Source: Candidatus Woesebacteria bacterium
GTDB taxonomy: Bacteria; Patescibacteriota; Microgenomatia; UBA12405
NCBI GenBank assembly: GCA_035402805.1
Contig: DAONDY010000001.1
Coordinates: 177,548-241,547 of the forward strand
Direction of reading: 5' to 3'
Length of the DNA: 64,000 bases
Each line of letters starts with the position of its first letter. The first letter of the stretch is position 1. The notes beneath the pieces were generated by a model, which did not search any database, had not been told where the DNA came from, and saw nothing but the letters and a program-made list of their open reading frames with translations. Below, piece after piece: positions 19,163-29,392 of this stretch. A program made the position numbers and the translations under genes.

Positions 19163-19927
19163 ATGAAATCAATTTCTATTATTATTCCGTGCTATAACGA
19201 AGAAAATAATCTTAAGAATGGTGTTTTAGATGAAGTTTATAATTTTCTTAAAACTCAAAAAAATACTTGGGAAGTCATCATTTGTAATGATGAATCTACC
19301 GATAATAGTCTTAAATTAGCTCAAGATTTTGCTTCCAAACACAAAGGTTTTCGAGTTTTAGATTTACCTCATGGAGGTAAACCTTCGGCTGTCTGGGGCG
19401 GCATTAAAAATGCTAAATATCCCATCTCTCTTTTTACAGATATGGATCAATCCACTCCCTTAAAAGAATTAACTAAATTATTACCATTCTTTGAAGATGG
19501 ATTTGATGTCGTAATTGGCTCTAGAGGTATCTCTCGTGAAGGTAATTCTTTAATCAGAAAAATAATGGCTCGAGGTTTTCTCTTTGGTCGTCGCTTGGTT
19601 TTACTACCTAATATAATTGACACTCAATGTGGTTTTAAGGCTATTAAAACTGATTTAGCTAAAAAAATATTTCCTAAGCTTGGCTTTTTTAAAGATAAAA
19701 GCGAAAAAAAGGGTTGGCGAGTTTCTGCTTTTGATGTTGAACTCCTTTTTATGGCTCAAAAGTGGGGACATAAAATAAAAGAGGTTGAAGTTGATTGGAA
19801 GAACGAAGATTTAAGTACTACCAAAGGTGACAACTCTGCTCGTTTTAAAAAAGAGTCAAAACAGATGCTCCAGGAAATTTTTAGAGTTATTCGAAATAAT
19901 ATTCATGGTGTTTATGACCAAAAATAA
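19163..19927 (+). CDS. GT2 polyprenol-phosphate sugar synthase (DPM1-like)
   Basis: ISIIIPCYNEENNL...VIICNDESTDNS...FTDMDQSTP. The ATG at 19163 was chosen because the track's 19148 start is a TTG. A possible promoter is TTCCAA-N16-TATAAT at 19128-19156, which would give a near-leaderless mRNA. Confidence 0.75.
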   Translation: MKSISIIIPCYNEENNLKNGVLDEVYNFLKTQKNTWEVIICNDESTDNSLKLAQDFASKHKGFRVLDLPHGGKPSAVWGGIKNAKYPISLFTDMDQSTPLKELTKLLPFFEDGFDVVIGSRGISREGNSLIRKIMARGFLFGRRLVLLPNIIDTQCGFKAIKTDLAKKIFPKLGFFKDKSEKKGWRVSAFDVELLFMAQKWGHKIKEVEVDWKNEDLSTTKGDNSARFKKESKQMLQEIFRVIRNNIHGVYDQK

Positions 19928-21467
19928 ATTTTTTCGTTTTTTCTTATTAATATTAATTGCCACTTTTTATTTTGTTTCTCGTTTTCAAAACTTAAATTCC
20001 ATTCCTGTTTTTTGTGACGAGGCAATTTATATTCGTTGGGCTCAAATTATCCAATCAGAAGACAATCTCAGATTTATTCCTCAAACAGATGGTAAACAAC
20101 CTCTTTTTATGTGGCTGAATGCCGTTACTCTTAAATTAGTTGGTGATCCTCTTATCTCGGGCCGTTTAATATCTATTTTTTCTGGTTTTGGATTGTTATT
20201 AGTCTTATTTTTAACCACCGCCGTTTTTCTCAATTACGAAGATAAAGAAACAAATATTTTTAAATTTATTAAAACTAGTATCAATAAGAACTTTTATCAA
20301 GGTCTTTTTACCTCTTTAATCTACTGTTTAATTCCTTTTTCCTTTTTCTTCGATCGTCTTGCTTTGGCTGATAATTTATTATCTTTTTTTGGGTTTTTAG
20401 CTCTTTTATTTTCTTTTTTATTATCAAAATATCCCAGATTAGATTTATCCCTTATTTTAGGCTTTATCCTTGGTCTGTCTTGGCTTACTAAATCTCCCGC
20501 CATATATTTTGTTGTCCTTTCCTTTTTAACCTTTTTAGTTTTAAAAAAGAAATCTGGTATTTATCTTCCATTGATTTCCTCAGTAGTTGCTTTTTTAATT
20601 TACAACATCCTTCGTCTCGGGCCTCAATTTCAAATGATTGCTCTTCGTAATAAAGATTATATTTGGACGATTTCTGAGGTTCTAAAACACCCTTTTGATC
20701 CCTTAAAACCCCATCTTTTAAATGCTTTTAATCTCTATTATCAATACATCTCTTTACCGCTTTTGATTTTTGCTCTTATCGGGTTAATTTTACTTTTTAA
20801 AAATCGATCAAATAGTAAATTACTAAATACTAAATATTTAATTTTGGCTAGTTGGTGGCTTTTACCATTAATTGCCAATGCTGCCATGGCAAAAGTCTTT
20901 ACCGGTAGATATATTCTTTTTACTCTTCCACCCTTAATAGTTTTAATTTCTGTTGGTTTCTCTAATTTTTTAGTCAAAATAAAGTCAAATATTTTAAAAA
21001 TAATTTTAATTATTTCTGTTTTTATTTTAAATATAAATTTTATTTATAAAATTTCTCTTAATCCATTCCAACAAAAGTTGATTTCTTCCGAACGAAATTA
21101 TCTTGAAGAATGGACTTCGGGTTGGGGGATTAAAGAATCAGCTGATTTTCTAAAAGAAAGATCATTAAGTGCCAATGTCATAGTTGGTACTGAAGGTGCT
21201 TTTGGTACTCTTCCAGATGGCCTCCAAATTTATACTCGTAATATTCCTCATTTAACTGTTATTGGTGTAGGTTTAGGTTTTTCTAAAATACCAACTAGTC
21301 TCATTAATGCTAGGGACTATGGTGATGAAGTCTATCTCCTTATTAACAAATCCCGTCTTAAACTTGACACTGACGAACTAAATCAACTCGAATTAGCCAA
21401 ATCTTTTATTAAACCTGACGGAGACCAATTACTTCTTTATAAATTAAAACCAGTTACTGTAAAATAA
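19905..21467 (+). CDS. Polytopic GT-C-type membrane glycosyltransferase (ArnT/PMT-like)
   Basis: First-loop CDEAIYIRWAQ motif and more than 11 TM helices. Start ATGs at 19905 and 19914 both overlap the upstream GT2 gene end only slightly. The track's 19827 start is discarded. Confidence 0.55.
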   Translation: MVFMTKNKFFRFFLLILIATFYFVSRFQNLNSIPVFCDEAIYIRWAQIIQSEDNLRFIPQTDGKQPLFMWLNAVTLKLVGDPLISGRLISIFSGFGLLLVLFLTTAVFLNYEDKETNIFKFIKTSINKNFYQGLFTSLIYCLIPFSFFFDRLALADNLLSFFGFLALLFSFLLSKYPRLDLSLILGFILGLSWLTKSPAIYFVVLSFLTFLVLKKKSGIYLPLISSVVAFLIYNILRLGPQFQMIALRNKDYIWTISEVLKHPFDPLKPHLLNAFNLYYQYISLPLLIFALIGLILLFKNRSNSKLLNTKYLILASWWLLPLIANAAMAKVFTGRYILFTLPPLIVLISVGFSNFLVKIKSNILKIILIISVFILNINFIYKISLNPFQQKLISSERNYLEEWTSGWGIKESADFLKERSLSANVIVGTEGAFGTLPDGLQIYTRNIPHLTVIGVGLGFSKIPTSLINARDYGDEVYLLINKSRLKLDTDELNQLELAKSFIKPDGDQLLLYKLKPVTVK

Positions 21468-21471
21468 TTTT

Positions 21472-22710
21472 ATGTTTAAAAAAAGTAAAAAATTTTTAAT
21501 TCCACTCTTAATCGGCATTATTATCCGTATTTTTTTAATGACTTTTACTTACCATCCTGATTTTGCCGGCCAAAATTTATCTGCCTATTTTTGGGGTTTT
21601 AAAAATGTCACTAATGTTTATGAACATATTCAATCTCTTCCACCAACCGACCCATTAGTTAAAAATTTTGGTGTTGATGACATTTTTATTTATCCGCCTC
21701 TTACTTATTTTACTCTTGGGACTTTCCAAAAAGTCTTTGCTTTTACTGGTTTAGGCCACTTTTTAGAAGACATTATGGCCGGTATTAATATCTATAAAAT
21801 TACAGGACTGACTTTTTATCTTTTTATAATCAAGTTACCTTATCTCTTTTTTGATCTAGCCGTTGCCTATTTTTTATACAAATATTTTGATGATCCGCGT
21901 CAAAAATATTTGGCTTTTATTTTTTGGATTTTTAATCCAGTCACTTTATATGCCACTTTTTGCATGGGTGTTTTTGATATCATTCCAGTCTTTTTTACGG
22001 TATTAGCCGCTTATTTTCTTAAAAAACAAAGATTGTTTCTTTCTGTCTTAGCTGTTGGTTTTGGGGCCGCTTTCAAAATGTATCCTATTTTTCTGTTGCC
22101 TTTTATTGTTTTTAAATCGGACAAATGGCTTCAACGTATTAAATTATCAATTGTTGGTCTTCTACCATTAATTCTCACCAATCTTCCATTCGTTTTATCT
22201 TCTGCTTATCGTTCTATGGTTTTTAGCGGTAAAAATTCAAAAATGCTTTATATGCAATGGATGCTTTCTGGGGCTGAGGGTTTATTTCCCTTCCTTTTAA
22301 TTTTAACTTTTATTTATCTTCTTTCACAAAACAAATCTCTTCGACCCAAATTTTATGTTTCTTATTTCTTTGTTTTTTTTCTATTACTTTTTTCTGTAAC
22401 TCATTTTCATCCACAATGGTTTATTTGGATCAGCCCCTTTTTAATAATTGAAATTATAAATTATAAATTTAAGGAAGCTTGGGCTTACTTGGCCCTAATG
22501 TTAATTTACATATTTATAATTTTTACCTTCGAAAACTCCCTTTCTGTTGGTCTATTTGCCCCATTAAATCCAGATTTAGCTTCTTTTGTAGGCACTCAAT
22601 CGATTTTAACCAAAGCCACCGATATCAATCAATTAAAAAGTTACTTTCGTAGTATCTTTGCTGGAATTTCTGTCTATTTAGCTTTTACTCATCTTAAAAA
22701 AAGTGCTTAA
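21472..22710 (+). CDS. Polytopic membrane protein, GT87/DUF2029-like putative glycosyltransferase
   Basis: 412 aa that are almost entirely TM helices. Topology and size resemble DUF2029/PIM-mannosyltransferase-like GT-C proteins. Confidence 0.45.
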   Translation: MFKKSKKFLIPLLIGIIIRIFLMTFTYHPDFAGQNLSAYFWGFKNVTNVYEHIQSLPPTDPLVKNFGVDDIFIYPPLTYFTLGTFQKVFAFTGLGHFLEDIMAGINIYKITGLTFYLFIIKLPYLFFDLAVAYFLYKYFDDPRQKYLAFIFWIFNPVTLYATFCMGVFDIIPVFFTVLAAYFLKKQRLFLSVLAVGFGAAFKMYPIFLLPFIVFKSDKWLQRIKLSIVGLLPLILTNLPFVLSSAYRSMVFSGKNSKMLYMQWMLSGAEGLFPFLLILTFIYLLSQNKSLRPKFYVSYFFVFFLLLFSVTHFHPQWFIWISPFLIIEIINYKFKEAWAYLALMLIYIFIIFTFENSLSVGLFAPLNPDLASFVGTQSILTKATDINQLKSYFRSIFAGISVYLAFTHLKKSA

Positions 22711-24427
22711 AAAAAAGTTTTTTTTACCATTTTTATTGTTGGTTTTAATTATTCCGGCTTTTTTCTTTTTCCTAAAACCAGGCCATCTTTATTGGAACAT
22801 GCAAGACGACATGCAAATGATGCGTCAATTAGAATTTGAAAAGTGTCTTAAAGACGGCCAGATACCTTGTCGTTGGAATCCAGATTTAGGTTTTGGTTAC
22901 GGTTACCCTTTGTTTAATTTTTATCCTCCTCTCCCTAGTCTTATTGGTCAAATATTTCGTACCTTTTCTTTTTCCTTCATCCAAAGTGTCAAATTGACTG
23001 CCATTGCCCAATTTGTCTTAGCTGCTTTTTTTATGTACCTTCTTGCCAGCTCTATTTTTGGTAAATTTGGTGGTTTTATTTCTGCCCTTTTTTATACTTA
23101 TGTTCCTTATCATGCCCTAAACATTTACGTTAGGGGTGCTATGAATGAGGCTTGGGCTGCCACTTTTTTCCCTTTAATTTTTTATTTTTCTAGAAAAATA
23201 ATTCTTAAACGAAAAAATCTTGATGTTTTAGGACTTGGCGTTTCCTTTGCTCTTTTACTTTTATCTCATAATCCCATGGTTCTTACATTTACCCCAATCC
23301 TTTTTGTTTGGGTGCTTTTTTGGTTGTATCAAACCTATAAATTAAAAATTAAGTTAATGATTCCATCGATTATTAGATTAGCTTTTGCTGGGCTCTTAAG
23401 TGCTGCCTTAGCCGCTTTTTTCACTTTTCCGGTTCTATTTGAGACAAAATTTGTTCAGGTAGAAAGCATGTTTCAAAACTATTATTCTTTTTCGGCCCAT
23501 TTTGTTAGTCTTAAACAGCTATTTTTAAGTAATTTTTGGGGAGATGGACCTTCGGTTTGGGGGATAGCTGATGGGATGTCCTTTATGATTGGTTTTATTC
23601 ATTGGATTTTAGCCATTTTAATTATTATTTATTTTATTTTTATTTGGATAAAGACAAAAAAAATCGATAACAAATTATTACTACCGATTATTCTTATTTT
23701 TATGGGTTTTTTCTCCGTTTTTATGACCCATGAAAAATCTACTTTTTTATGGCTCATTTTTAAAGAAATTCAAAAAGTCCAGTTCCCTTGGCGTTTTTTA
23801 AATCATAGTGCTTTTCTTTTTTCTCTAGCCGTCGGAATTTTACCTTATATCTTAAACAAAATATTTTCTAAAAAAAATTCCTTAATTGTCAGTATTTCTA
23901 TTTTAATTATTCTTTTAATCACTAATATTTCTCATTTTTACCCAGTCTACAGCGGGCCACTTACTGATGATCAGAAATTTTCTGGCGATAGTTGGACTCG
24001 TCAAATTACTTCAAGTATTTATGATTATTTACCAAAAACTGCCAATACCGCTCCAAAATCAACCGCCAAACCTTATATTGATAACGTTGAACCTGAAAAA
24101 GCCTTAGTTAATTTTTATGGAGAAAAAAAAGGTACTGATTGGCTATTCTTTAATCTATTTCTTAATCAGCCAGCTAAAATAACCATTTCACAATTAGCCT
24201 TTCCAAATTTTGAAATAACCGATAAAGGTCAAAAGATAGATTATAAAGTTGAGCCAGAACTAGGCCGAATGGTAATCGATTTAAAAAGCGGGGATCATCA
24301 AATTTACGTTAAACTTAAAAACACTCCCATTAGAACTATTTCAAACTATATTTCCTTATTTGCTTGGTTAAGTTTAGTTCTTTATTTATTAAAACCGCTA
24401 TGGAAGAAATTGATCTTCAAGAAATAA
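22703..24427 (+). CDS. Large polytopic membrane protein, paralog family B (putative GT-C glycosyltransferase)
   Basis: The N-terminus ...QIPCRWNPDLGFGYGYPLFNFYPPLP is shared with 33753..35381 (QIPPRYVSDLSFGFGYPLFNF) and 35371..37053 (QIPCRWVPDMGYGFGYPLFLY). Confidence 0.55.
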   Translation: MLKKKFFLPFLLLVLIIPAFFFFLKPGHLYWNMQDDMQMMRQLEFEKCLKDGQIPCRWNPDLGFGYGYPLFNFYPPLPSLIGQIFRTFSFSFIQSVKLTAIAQFVLAAFFMYLLASSIFGKFGGFISALFYTYVPYHALNIYVRGAMNEAWAATFFPLIFYFSRKIILKRKNLDVLGLGVSFALLLLSHNPMVLTFTPILFVWVLFWLYQTYKLKIKLMIPSIIRLAFAGLLSAALAAFFTFPVLFETKFVQVESMFQNYYSFSAHFVSLKQLFLSNFWGDGPSVWGIADGMSFMIGFIHWILAILIIIYFIFIWIKTKKIDNKLLLPIILIFMGFFSVFMTHEKSTFLWLIFKEIQKVQFPWRFLNHSAFLFSLAVGILPYILNKIFSKKNSLIVSISILIILLITNISHFYPVYSGPLTDDQKFSGDSWTRQITSSIYDYLPKTANTAPKSTAKPYIDNVEPEKALVNFYGEKKGTDWLFFNLFLNQPAKITISQLAFPNFEITDKGQKIDYKVEPELGRMVIDLKSGDHQIYVKLKNTPIRTISNYISLFAWLSLVLYLLKPLWKKLIFKK

Positions 24428-25854
24428 AACAAAAAACTACTAAAAATGTTTTGTTTTTATCATTAAGAAATGTAGGCATTCAATCAGTTTCAGTTATTGG
24501 TTTCTTTTTATTGACCATTTTATTGGGTACTGCTGAAGTTGGGTTATTTGCCATAGTTGCTGAATTTGTTAGTATCTTAGGCTATTTTTCTGACATTGGT
24601 TTAGCTGCTGCTTTAGTCCAAAAAAAAGAAGAAGTTAAAAAAGAGGAACTCCAAACCACTTTTACCATCCAACAAATATTAGTTCTAATTTCTTTAATTG
24701 TTATTTATTTTGTTTATTCCAAAGTTAGCTTTAATAAAGGTTACGGACCTAAGGAATTATGGATCTTTATTTCTCTTTGTTTTTCCTTTGCCGCCGCTTC
24801 TTTAAAAACAATTCCTTCTGTTTTGCTTGAAAGGAAGCTTAATTTCAAGCTTATTTCCACTATAGATATTATCGAAAATGCTTCATTTTATGTTTTTGCC
24901 GTTTTATTTGCCTTTTTAGGTTTTGGAGCTTATTCTTATGCCATTGCCACCTTCATAAGAAGTCTTTTGGGTCTAATTATTATCTATAAATACAATCCTT
25001 GGTCTATTGGTTTTTCCTTTCATAAAAGTTCTGCTAAGTCTCTTTTTAAATATGGCATTCCTTTCCAACTTAATTCTTTTATAGCTATGGCCAAGGACAG
25101 ATTATCAAATTTATTTGTTGCCACCATTGTTGGTCGAGAAGCTTTTGGTATTCTTTCTTGGGCTCAAAAAGCCACTAGAATTCCTCTAAGTTTTATGGAT
25201 GCCATAATGAAAATTACTTTCCCTACATTTGCTCGTCTTCAAGAGCATAAAGAAATTCTCAAAAAATCATTAGAAAAAAGTATCTATTTTATTGCTCTTT
25301 TTGTTTTTCCTATGACTGCCGGAATTGCTTTAATTGCTCCGGATATAATAAATTTTATCCCGAAATATACAAAGTGGATTCCAGCTATTTTCCCTCTTTA
25401 TTTGTATGCCGTTAATGTTGCCATCGCTTCAGTTACCACTCCTTTGACCAATGCTTTTAATGCCATTGGCAAAATAACCTTAACCACCAAATTTATGGTG
25501 ATGTGGACTATTTTAACCTGGATACTTTTCCCTTTTTTAAGTATTAAATTTGGCTATATTGGAACCGCTTATGCCACCCTTCTTGTGGGTATGAGTTCTT
25601 TTATTGTTTGGTTTATAGCCAGAAGAGTTTTTAATATCCAGATTATAAAAACTATTATTAAGCCTACAATCGCCACTATTTTAATGATTATTGTTTGTTT
25701 ATTTTTTCAGTTGCTAGGATTAAATAGTTTTCTTAATATAATTGGTAAATTTTTGCTTTCAGTTTTTGTGTATAGTGCTTTTCATTATCTCTTTTCTAAA
25801 GATGAAATTATCTGGTTTTATCAGCAACTAAAATGCTTAAAACAAAAAAAATAA
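24400..25854 (+). CDS. Wzx-like oligosaccharide flippase (MOP/polysaccharide biosynthesis protein family)
   Basis: About 14 TM helices with the length and composition of Wzx/MOP flippases. The ATG at 24400 was chosen; the track start at 24364 overlaps the upstream gene. Confidence 0.55.
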   Translation: MEEIDLQEIKQKTTKNVLFLSLRNVGIQSVSVIGFFLLTILLGTAEVGLFAIVAEFVSILGYFSDIGLAAALVQKKEEVKKEELQTTFTIQQILVLISLIVIYFVYSKVSFNKGYGPKELWIFISLCFSFAAASLKTIPSVLLERKLNFKLISTIDIIENASFYVFAVLFAFLGFGAYSYAIATFIRSLLGLIIIYKYNPWSIGFSFHKSSAKSLFKYGIPFQLNSFIAMAKDRLSNLFVATIVGREAFGILSWAQKATRIPLSFMDAIMKITFPTFARLQEHKEILKKSLEKSIYFIALFVFPMTAGIALIAPDIINFIPKYTKWIPAIFPLYLYAVNVAIASVTTPLTNAFNAIGKITLTTKFMVMWTILTWILFPFLSIKFGYIGTAYATLLVGMSSFIVWFIARRVFNIQIIKTIIKPTIATILMIIVCLFFQLLGLNSFLNIIGKFLLSVFVYSAFHYLFSKDEIIWFYQQLKCLKQKK

Positions 25855-27521
25855 AAATAGTACCGATTCTTTTAGTTTTGGTTAGTCTTTTCTTTTTTTG
25901 TTCTACCATGTTCAAAAGTGGTTTAAATTATGAATATGGATTAGGTTTTTGGGGTCCAAATGGTCACGATGCGATTTGGCATTTAAGTTTAATAAATCAG
26001 CTCAAAAAACAAGTTCCACCTCAAAATCCAATTTATTCAGGGGAATTGCTAAGTAATTACCATTGGGGTTTTGATTTTTTAGTTGCCTTAATTTCTAATT
26101 TAACTCAAATCAGTACTGTTCGAATTTATTTCCAAATACTTCCCGTTATTTTTGCTCTCTTACTCGGTTTTTTATCATATAAACTGGCTTTTTTAATTAC
26201 TAAAAATAAAATAACTAGTTTAATTTTTGTGTTTTTAAATTATTTTGCCGGTTCTTTTGGCTGGGTTTATACCTTATTAAAAAATAAACAAATTGGCGGA
26301 GAATCTCTTTTTTGGTCGATGCAATCGGTTTCTACTTTATTAAATCCTCCTTTTGCCTTATCTTTAATTCTAATTTTAATAGGTTTAATTCTTTGGTATA
26401 AACACCATTCCTCTGGTTCTATCAAATCGGCTATATTAATAGGTTCATTTTTAGGCTTATTAAGTGGAATCAAAATTTATGCTGGTATTGTAATTGGATT
26501 ATCTCTTTTTTTATATTGGATTTTTCATTTATCTTCTTCTAAAAAAAAATTTGGTTTTGATTTTTTCATCTGTTTAAGTATGGCCACAGTTTCGGTTTTA
26601 ATTCTTCTTTTATTAGGAGTTTTGCAAGGGAATCAATTATTAGAGTTTAAGCCTTTTTGGTTTACTTCATCCATGATTGAATCTATAGATAAATTTTATT
26701 TACCTAGATTAGCTTCTTTTAAATTTAATCAAACCAACATTTTGATTTCCATAATTATAGAGATTGGTTTAACTTTTATTTTTATAATCGGTAACCTTGG
26801 TCTTAGATGCCTAGGGTTTTTTACCTTTTTATCAAAAAAAACAAAAAAAAGATTAAGTGATTTTGATAAATTAATCATTTTTGTTTTTATAATTTCATTC
26901 TTGATTCCCCTTCTTTTTATTCAAAAGGGGACTGCTTGGAATACTATTCAGTTTATTTATTATTTTCTATTTTTCGCCAATTTTTATTTAGCAATCTTTT
27001 TATCAAATCTTTGGCTAAAACATAAAATACTTGTTTTTGTTTTATTAGTTATATCGTCAATTACCAGTTTTAGCACCCTAAAAGATTATTTTGGAAATCC
27101 TGCTCCTAGTTTTTTACCAAAAGCAGAAATGGAAGCTTTAAACTTTCTTAGACAACAAAGAGATGGTTTTGTTTTAACCTATCCATACGATAAATATAAA
27201 AAAGATAAAATGTCCACCCCAATTCCTCTTTATGCTTACGAAACTACTTCTTACGTTTCTGCTTTTAGTGAAAAACCTACCTATTTAGAAGATGAAATGA
27301 ATTTAGATATAACCGGATTTGATTGGGAGAAAAGACGAACCAATGTAGAAAAATTTTTTGCCGATACTGACAAATCTTTTACTAGAGATTTTTTAATGAA
27401 CAATCAAATAAGCTATCTTTACTTAGTTGGTGATCAAATTTATTCAATAGACGGTTTAGACCTTCAAATAGATAATATATTCAATAACGGTCAAGTTCGG
27501 ATTTATAAAGTGAGAAAGTGA
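25833..27521 (+). CDS. Polytopic membrane protein with a C-terminal extracytoplasmic domain (putative glycan polymerase/GT-C)
   Basis: 562 aa with about 13 TM helices, then a soluble C-terminal domain of about 130 aa. No catalytic motif was assigned. Confidence 0.45.
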   Translation: MLKTKKIKIVPILLVLVSLFFFCSTMFKSGLNYEYGLGFWGPNGHDAIWHLSLINQLKKQVPPQNPIYSGELLSNYHWGFDFLVALISNLTQISTVRIYFQILPVIFALLLGFLSYKLAFLITKNKITSLIFVFLNYFAGSFGWVYTLLKNKQIGGESLFWSMQSVSTLLNPPFALSLILILIGLILWYKHHSSGSIKSAILIGSFLGLLSGIKIYAGIVIGLSLFLYWIFHLSSSKKKFGFDFFICLSMATVSVLILLLLGVLQGNQLLEFKPFWFTSSMIESIDKFYLPRLASFKFNQTNILISIIIEIGLTFIFIIGNLGLRCLGFFTFLSKKTKKRLSDFDKLIIFVFIISFLIPLLFIQKGTAWNTIQFIYYFLFFANFYLAIFLSNLWLKHKILVFVLLVISSITSFSTLKDYFGNPAPSFLPKAEMEALNFLRQQRDGFVLTYPYDKYKKDKMSTPIPLYAYETTSYVSAFSEKPTYLEDEMNLDITGFDWEKRRTNVEKFFADTDKSFTRDFLMNNQISYLYLVGDQIYSIDGLDLQIDNIFNNGQVRIYKVRK

Positions 27522-27540
27522 TAAAATATTACATCAAATT

Positions 27541-28476
27541 ATGAACAAAAAACCCCTTATTTCGGCTGTTATAAACGTCAAAAACGAGGCTGAGGCTTTA
27601 AATAAATGTCTTCGTTCCATTAAAAAGCTGGCTAATGAAATTATCGTCGTTGATATGAGTTCCACTGATGGTAGCCAAGAAATTGCTAAAGCGGCTGGAG
27701 CTAAAGTATTTTCTTATCGACCAATGAAATTTGTCGAACCTGCAAGAAATTTTGCTTTATCTAAAGCCACCGGCAAATGGATTTTGCTTTTAGATCCAGA
27801 TGAATTTTTAACCAGAACTTTAAGAAGCGAATTACTTTCCATCACTAAAAGAAGTGATGTTGATTATGTCAAGATTCCCAGAAAAAACATTATTTTTGGC
27901 AAGTGGATTCGTCATTCAAATAGCTGGCCAGATTATTTAATCCGTTTTTTTAAAAAAGGCGCCGTAACTTGGAAAAAAGAAATTCATAGCCAACCAAACG
28001 TGAAAGGCAACGGAATTACTCTTTTAGATTCTGAAAAATTAGCCATACAACACAATAATTACACTAGCGTTAGTCAATTTGTCACTCGGGCTATTCGTTA
28101 TAGTGGTATTCAGGCAGACGAGCTGTTTACTGCTGACTATAAATTGAAAACCAGTGACTTTCTTTTAAAACCGATTCAAGAATTTAATAGTCGTTTTTTC
28201 TTTTCAGAAGGCTATAAAGATGGTTTTCATGGATTAGTTTTTTCCCTTCTCCAAGCTTTTGCTATTGGTCTCATTTATATAAGATTATGGGAAAAACAAG
28301 GTTGCCAAGATAAACCTCTTACAAAAGAATCTTTTGTTTCGGCTAGCCAGGAAACCGCCTTTGAATATGATTTTTGGTTTAATAAATATTTTAAAAAAGA
28401 ATATTCCACTAACTTTTTTAAAAAAATTCTACTTAAAATTCGTTTGACTTTGAATTATCTAACTAAAAATTTTTAG
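27541..28476 (+). CDS. GT2 glycosyltransferase (WaaE/KdtX-like)
   Basis: ISAVINVKNEAEAL...IIVVDMSSTDGS...LLLDPDE. It is a paralog of 29383..30177 and 42024..42851. Confidence 0.7.
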   Translation: MNKKPLISAVINVKNEAEALNKCLRSIKKLANEIIVVDMSSTDGSQEIAKAAGAKVFSYRPMKFVEPARNFALSKATGKWILLLDPDEFLTRTLRSELLSITKRSDVDYVKIPRKNIIFGKWIRHSNSWPDYLIRFFKKGAVTWKKEIHSQPNVKGNGITLLDSEKLAIQHNNYTSVSQFVTRAIRYSGIQADELFTADYKLKTSDFLLKPIQEFNSRFFFSEGYKDGFHGLVFSLLQAFAIGLIYIRLWEKQGCQDKPLTKESFVSASQETAFEYDFWFNKYFKKEYSTNFFKKILLKIRLTLNYLTKNF

Positions 28477-28480
28477 TTTC

Positions 28481-29392
28481 ATGACCAAAATTGCCATAAT
28501 TGTTTTAAATTGGAAACAACCAAAACTCACAGTTGAGACTATTGATTCTCTACTTAAAATAAATCACCAGTCTTTTTCTTATCAAATTATTTTGGTTGAT
28601 AATAATTCTCCAGATAATTCACTAGAAATTTTTAATAAAAAGTATAAAAAAAATAGTCTAATTAAGATCTTAAATACAAAACTTAATTTGGGTTATTCTG
28701 GTGGCAATAATTTTGGCATTAATTATGCTTTAGATAATAATTTTGACTATTTACTTCTTATTAATAATGACGTTATGGTTGACCCGATGTTTTTGGAAGA
28801 GTTACTTAAAGAATCAAATAATTTTGATATTTTAGGGCCAAAGATTTATTTTGCTCCCGGTTTTGAGTTTCACAAAGATCGTTATCAAAAGAAAGATTTA
28901 GGTAAGGTAATTTGGTCCATGGGCGGTCAAATAGATTGGAATAATGTTTATTGTAGTAATATCGATATTGATAAAGTTGATCGTGGTCAATTTGAAAAGA
29001 TAAACGAAAAAGTTGATTTTATTAGCGGCTGTTGTCTTTTCACTAGTCGCGGTATTTTCAAAACTATTGGTCTTTTAGATAAAAATTATTTTATGTACCT
29101 AGAAGATGTTGATTTTTGTCAACGTGCTAAAAAATCAAATCTAAAATTAGCTTGTATTCCAAAATCGAAAATTTGGCATATTAATTCTGGATCAACTAAG
29201 GGCCCAGGTGATTTACAAAATTATTTTATATCTCGAAATAGAATTTATTTTGCCTATAAATACGCTAGTTTAAGGACAAAATTCGCCATTTTTCGAGAAT
29301 CAATTAAAATGTTATCTAGCCAATCAAAATGGCAAAAACAAGCTGTCGTTGATTTTTATAAACATAAGATGAATAAAGGAAGTTGGCAATGA
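28481..29392 (+). CDS. GT2 glycosyltransferase (rhamnosyltransferase-like)
   Basis: IAIIVLNWKQPKLTVETIDSL...ILVDNNSPDNS...LLLINNDV...MYLEDVDFC. Confidence 0.7.
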   Translation: MTKIAIIVLNWKQPKLTVETIDSLLKINHQSFSYQIILVDNNSPDNSLEIFNKKYKKNSLIKILNTKLNLGYSGGNNFGINYALDNNFDYLLLINNDVMVDPMFLEELLKESNNFDILGPKIYFAPGFEFHKDRYQKKDLGKVIWSMGGQIDWNNVYCSNIDIDKVDRGQFEKINEKVDFISGCCLFTSRGIFKTIGLLDKNYFMYLEDVDFCQRAKKSNLKLACIPKSKIWHINSGSTKGPGDLQNYFISRNRIYFAYKYASLRTKFAIFRESIKMLSSQSKWQKQAVVDFYKHKMNKGSWQ

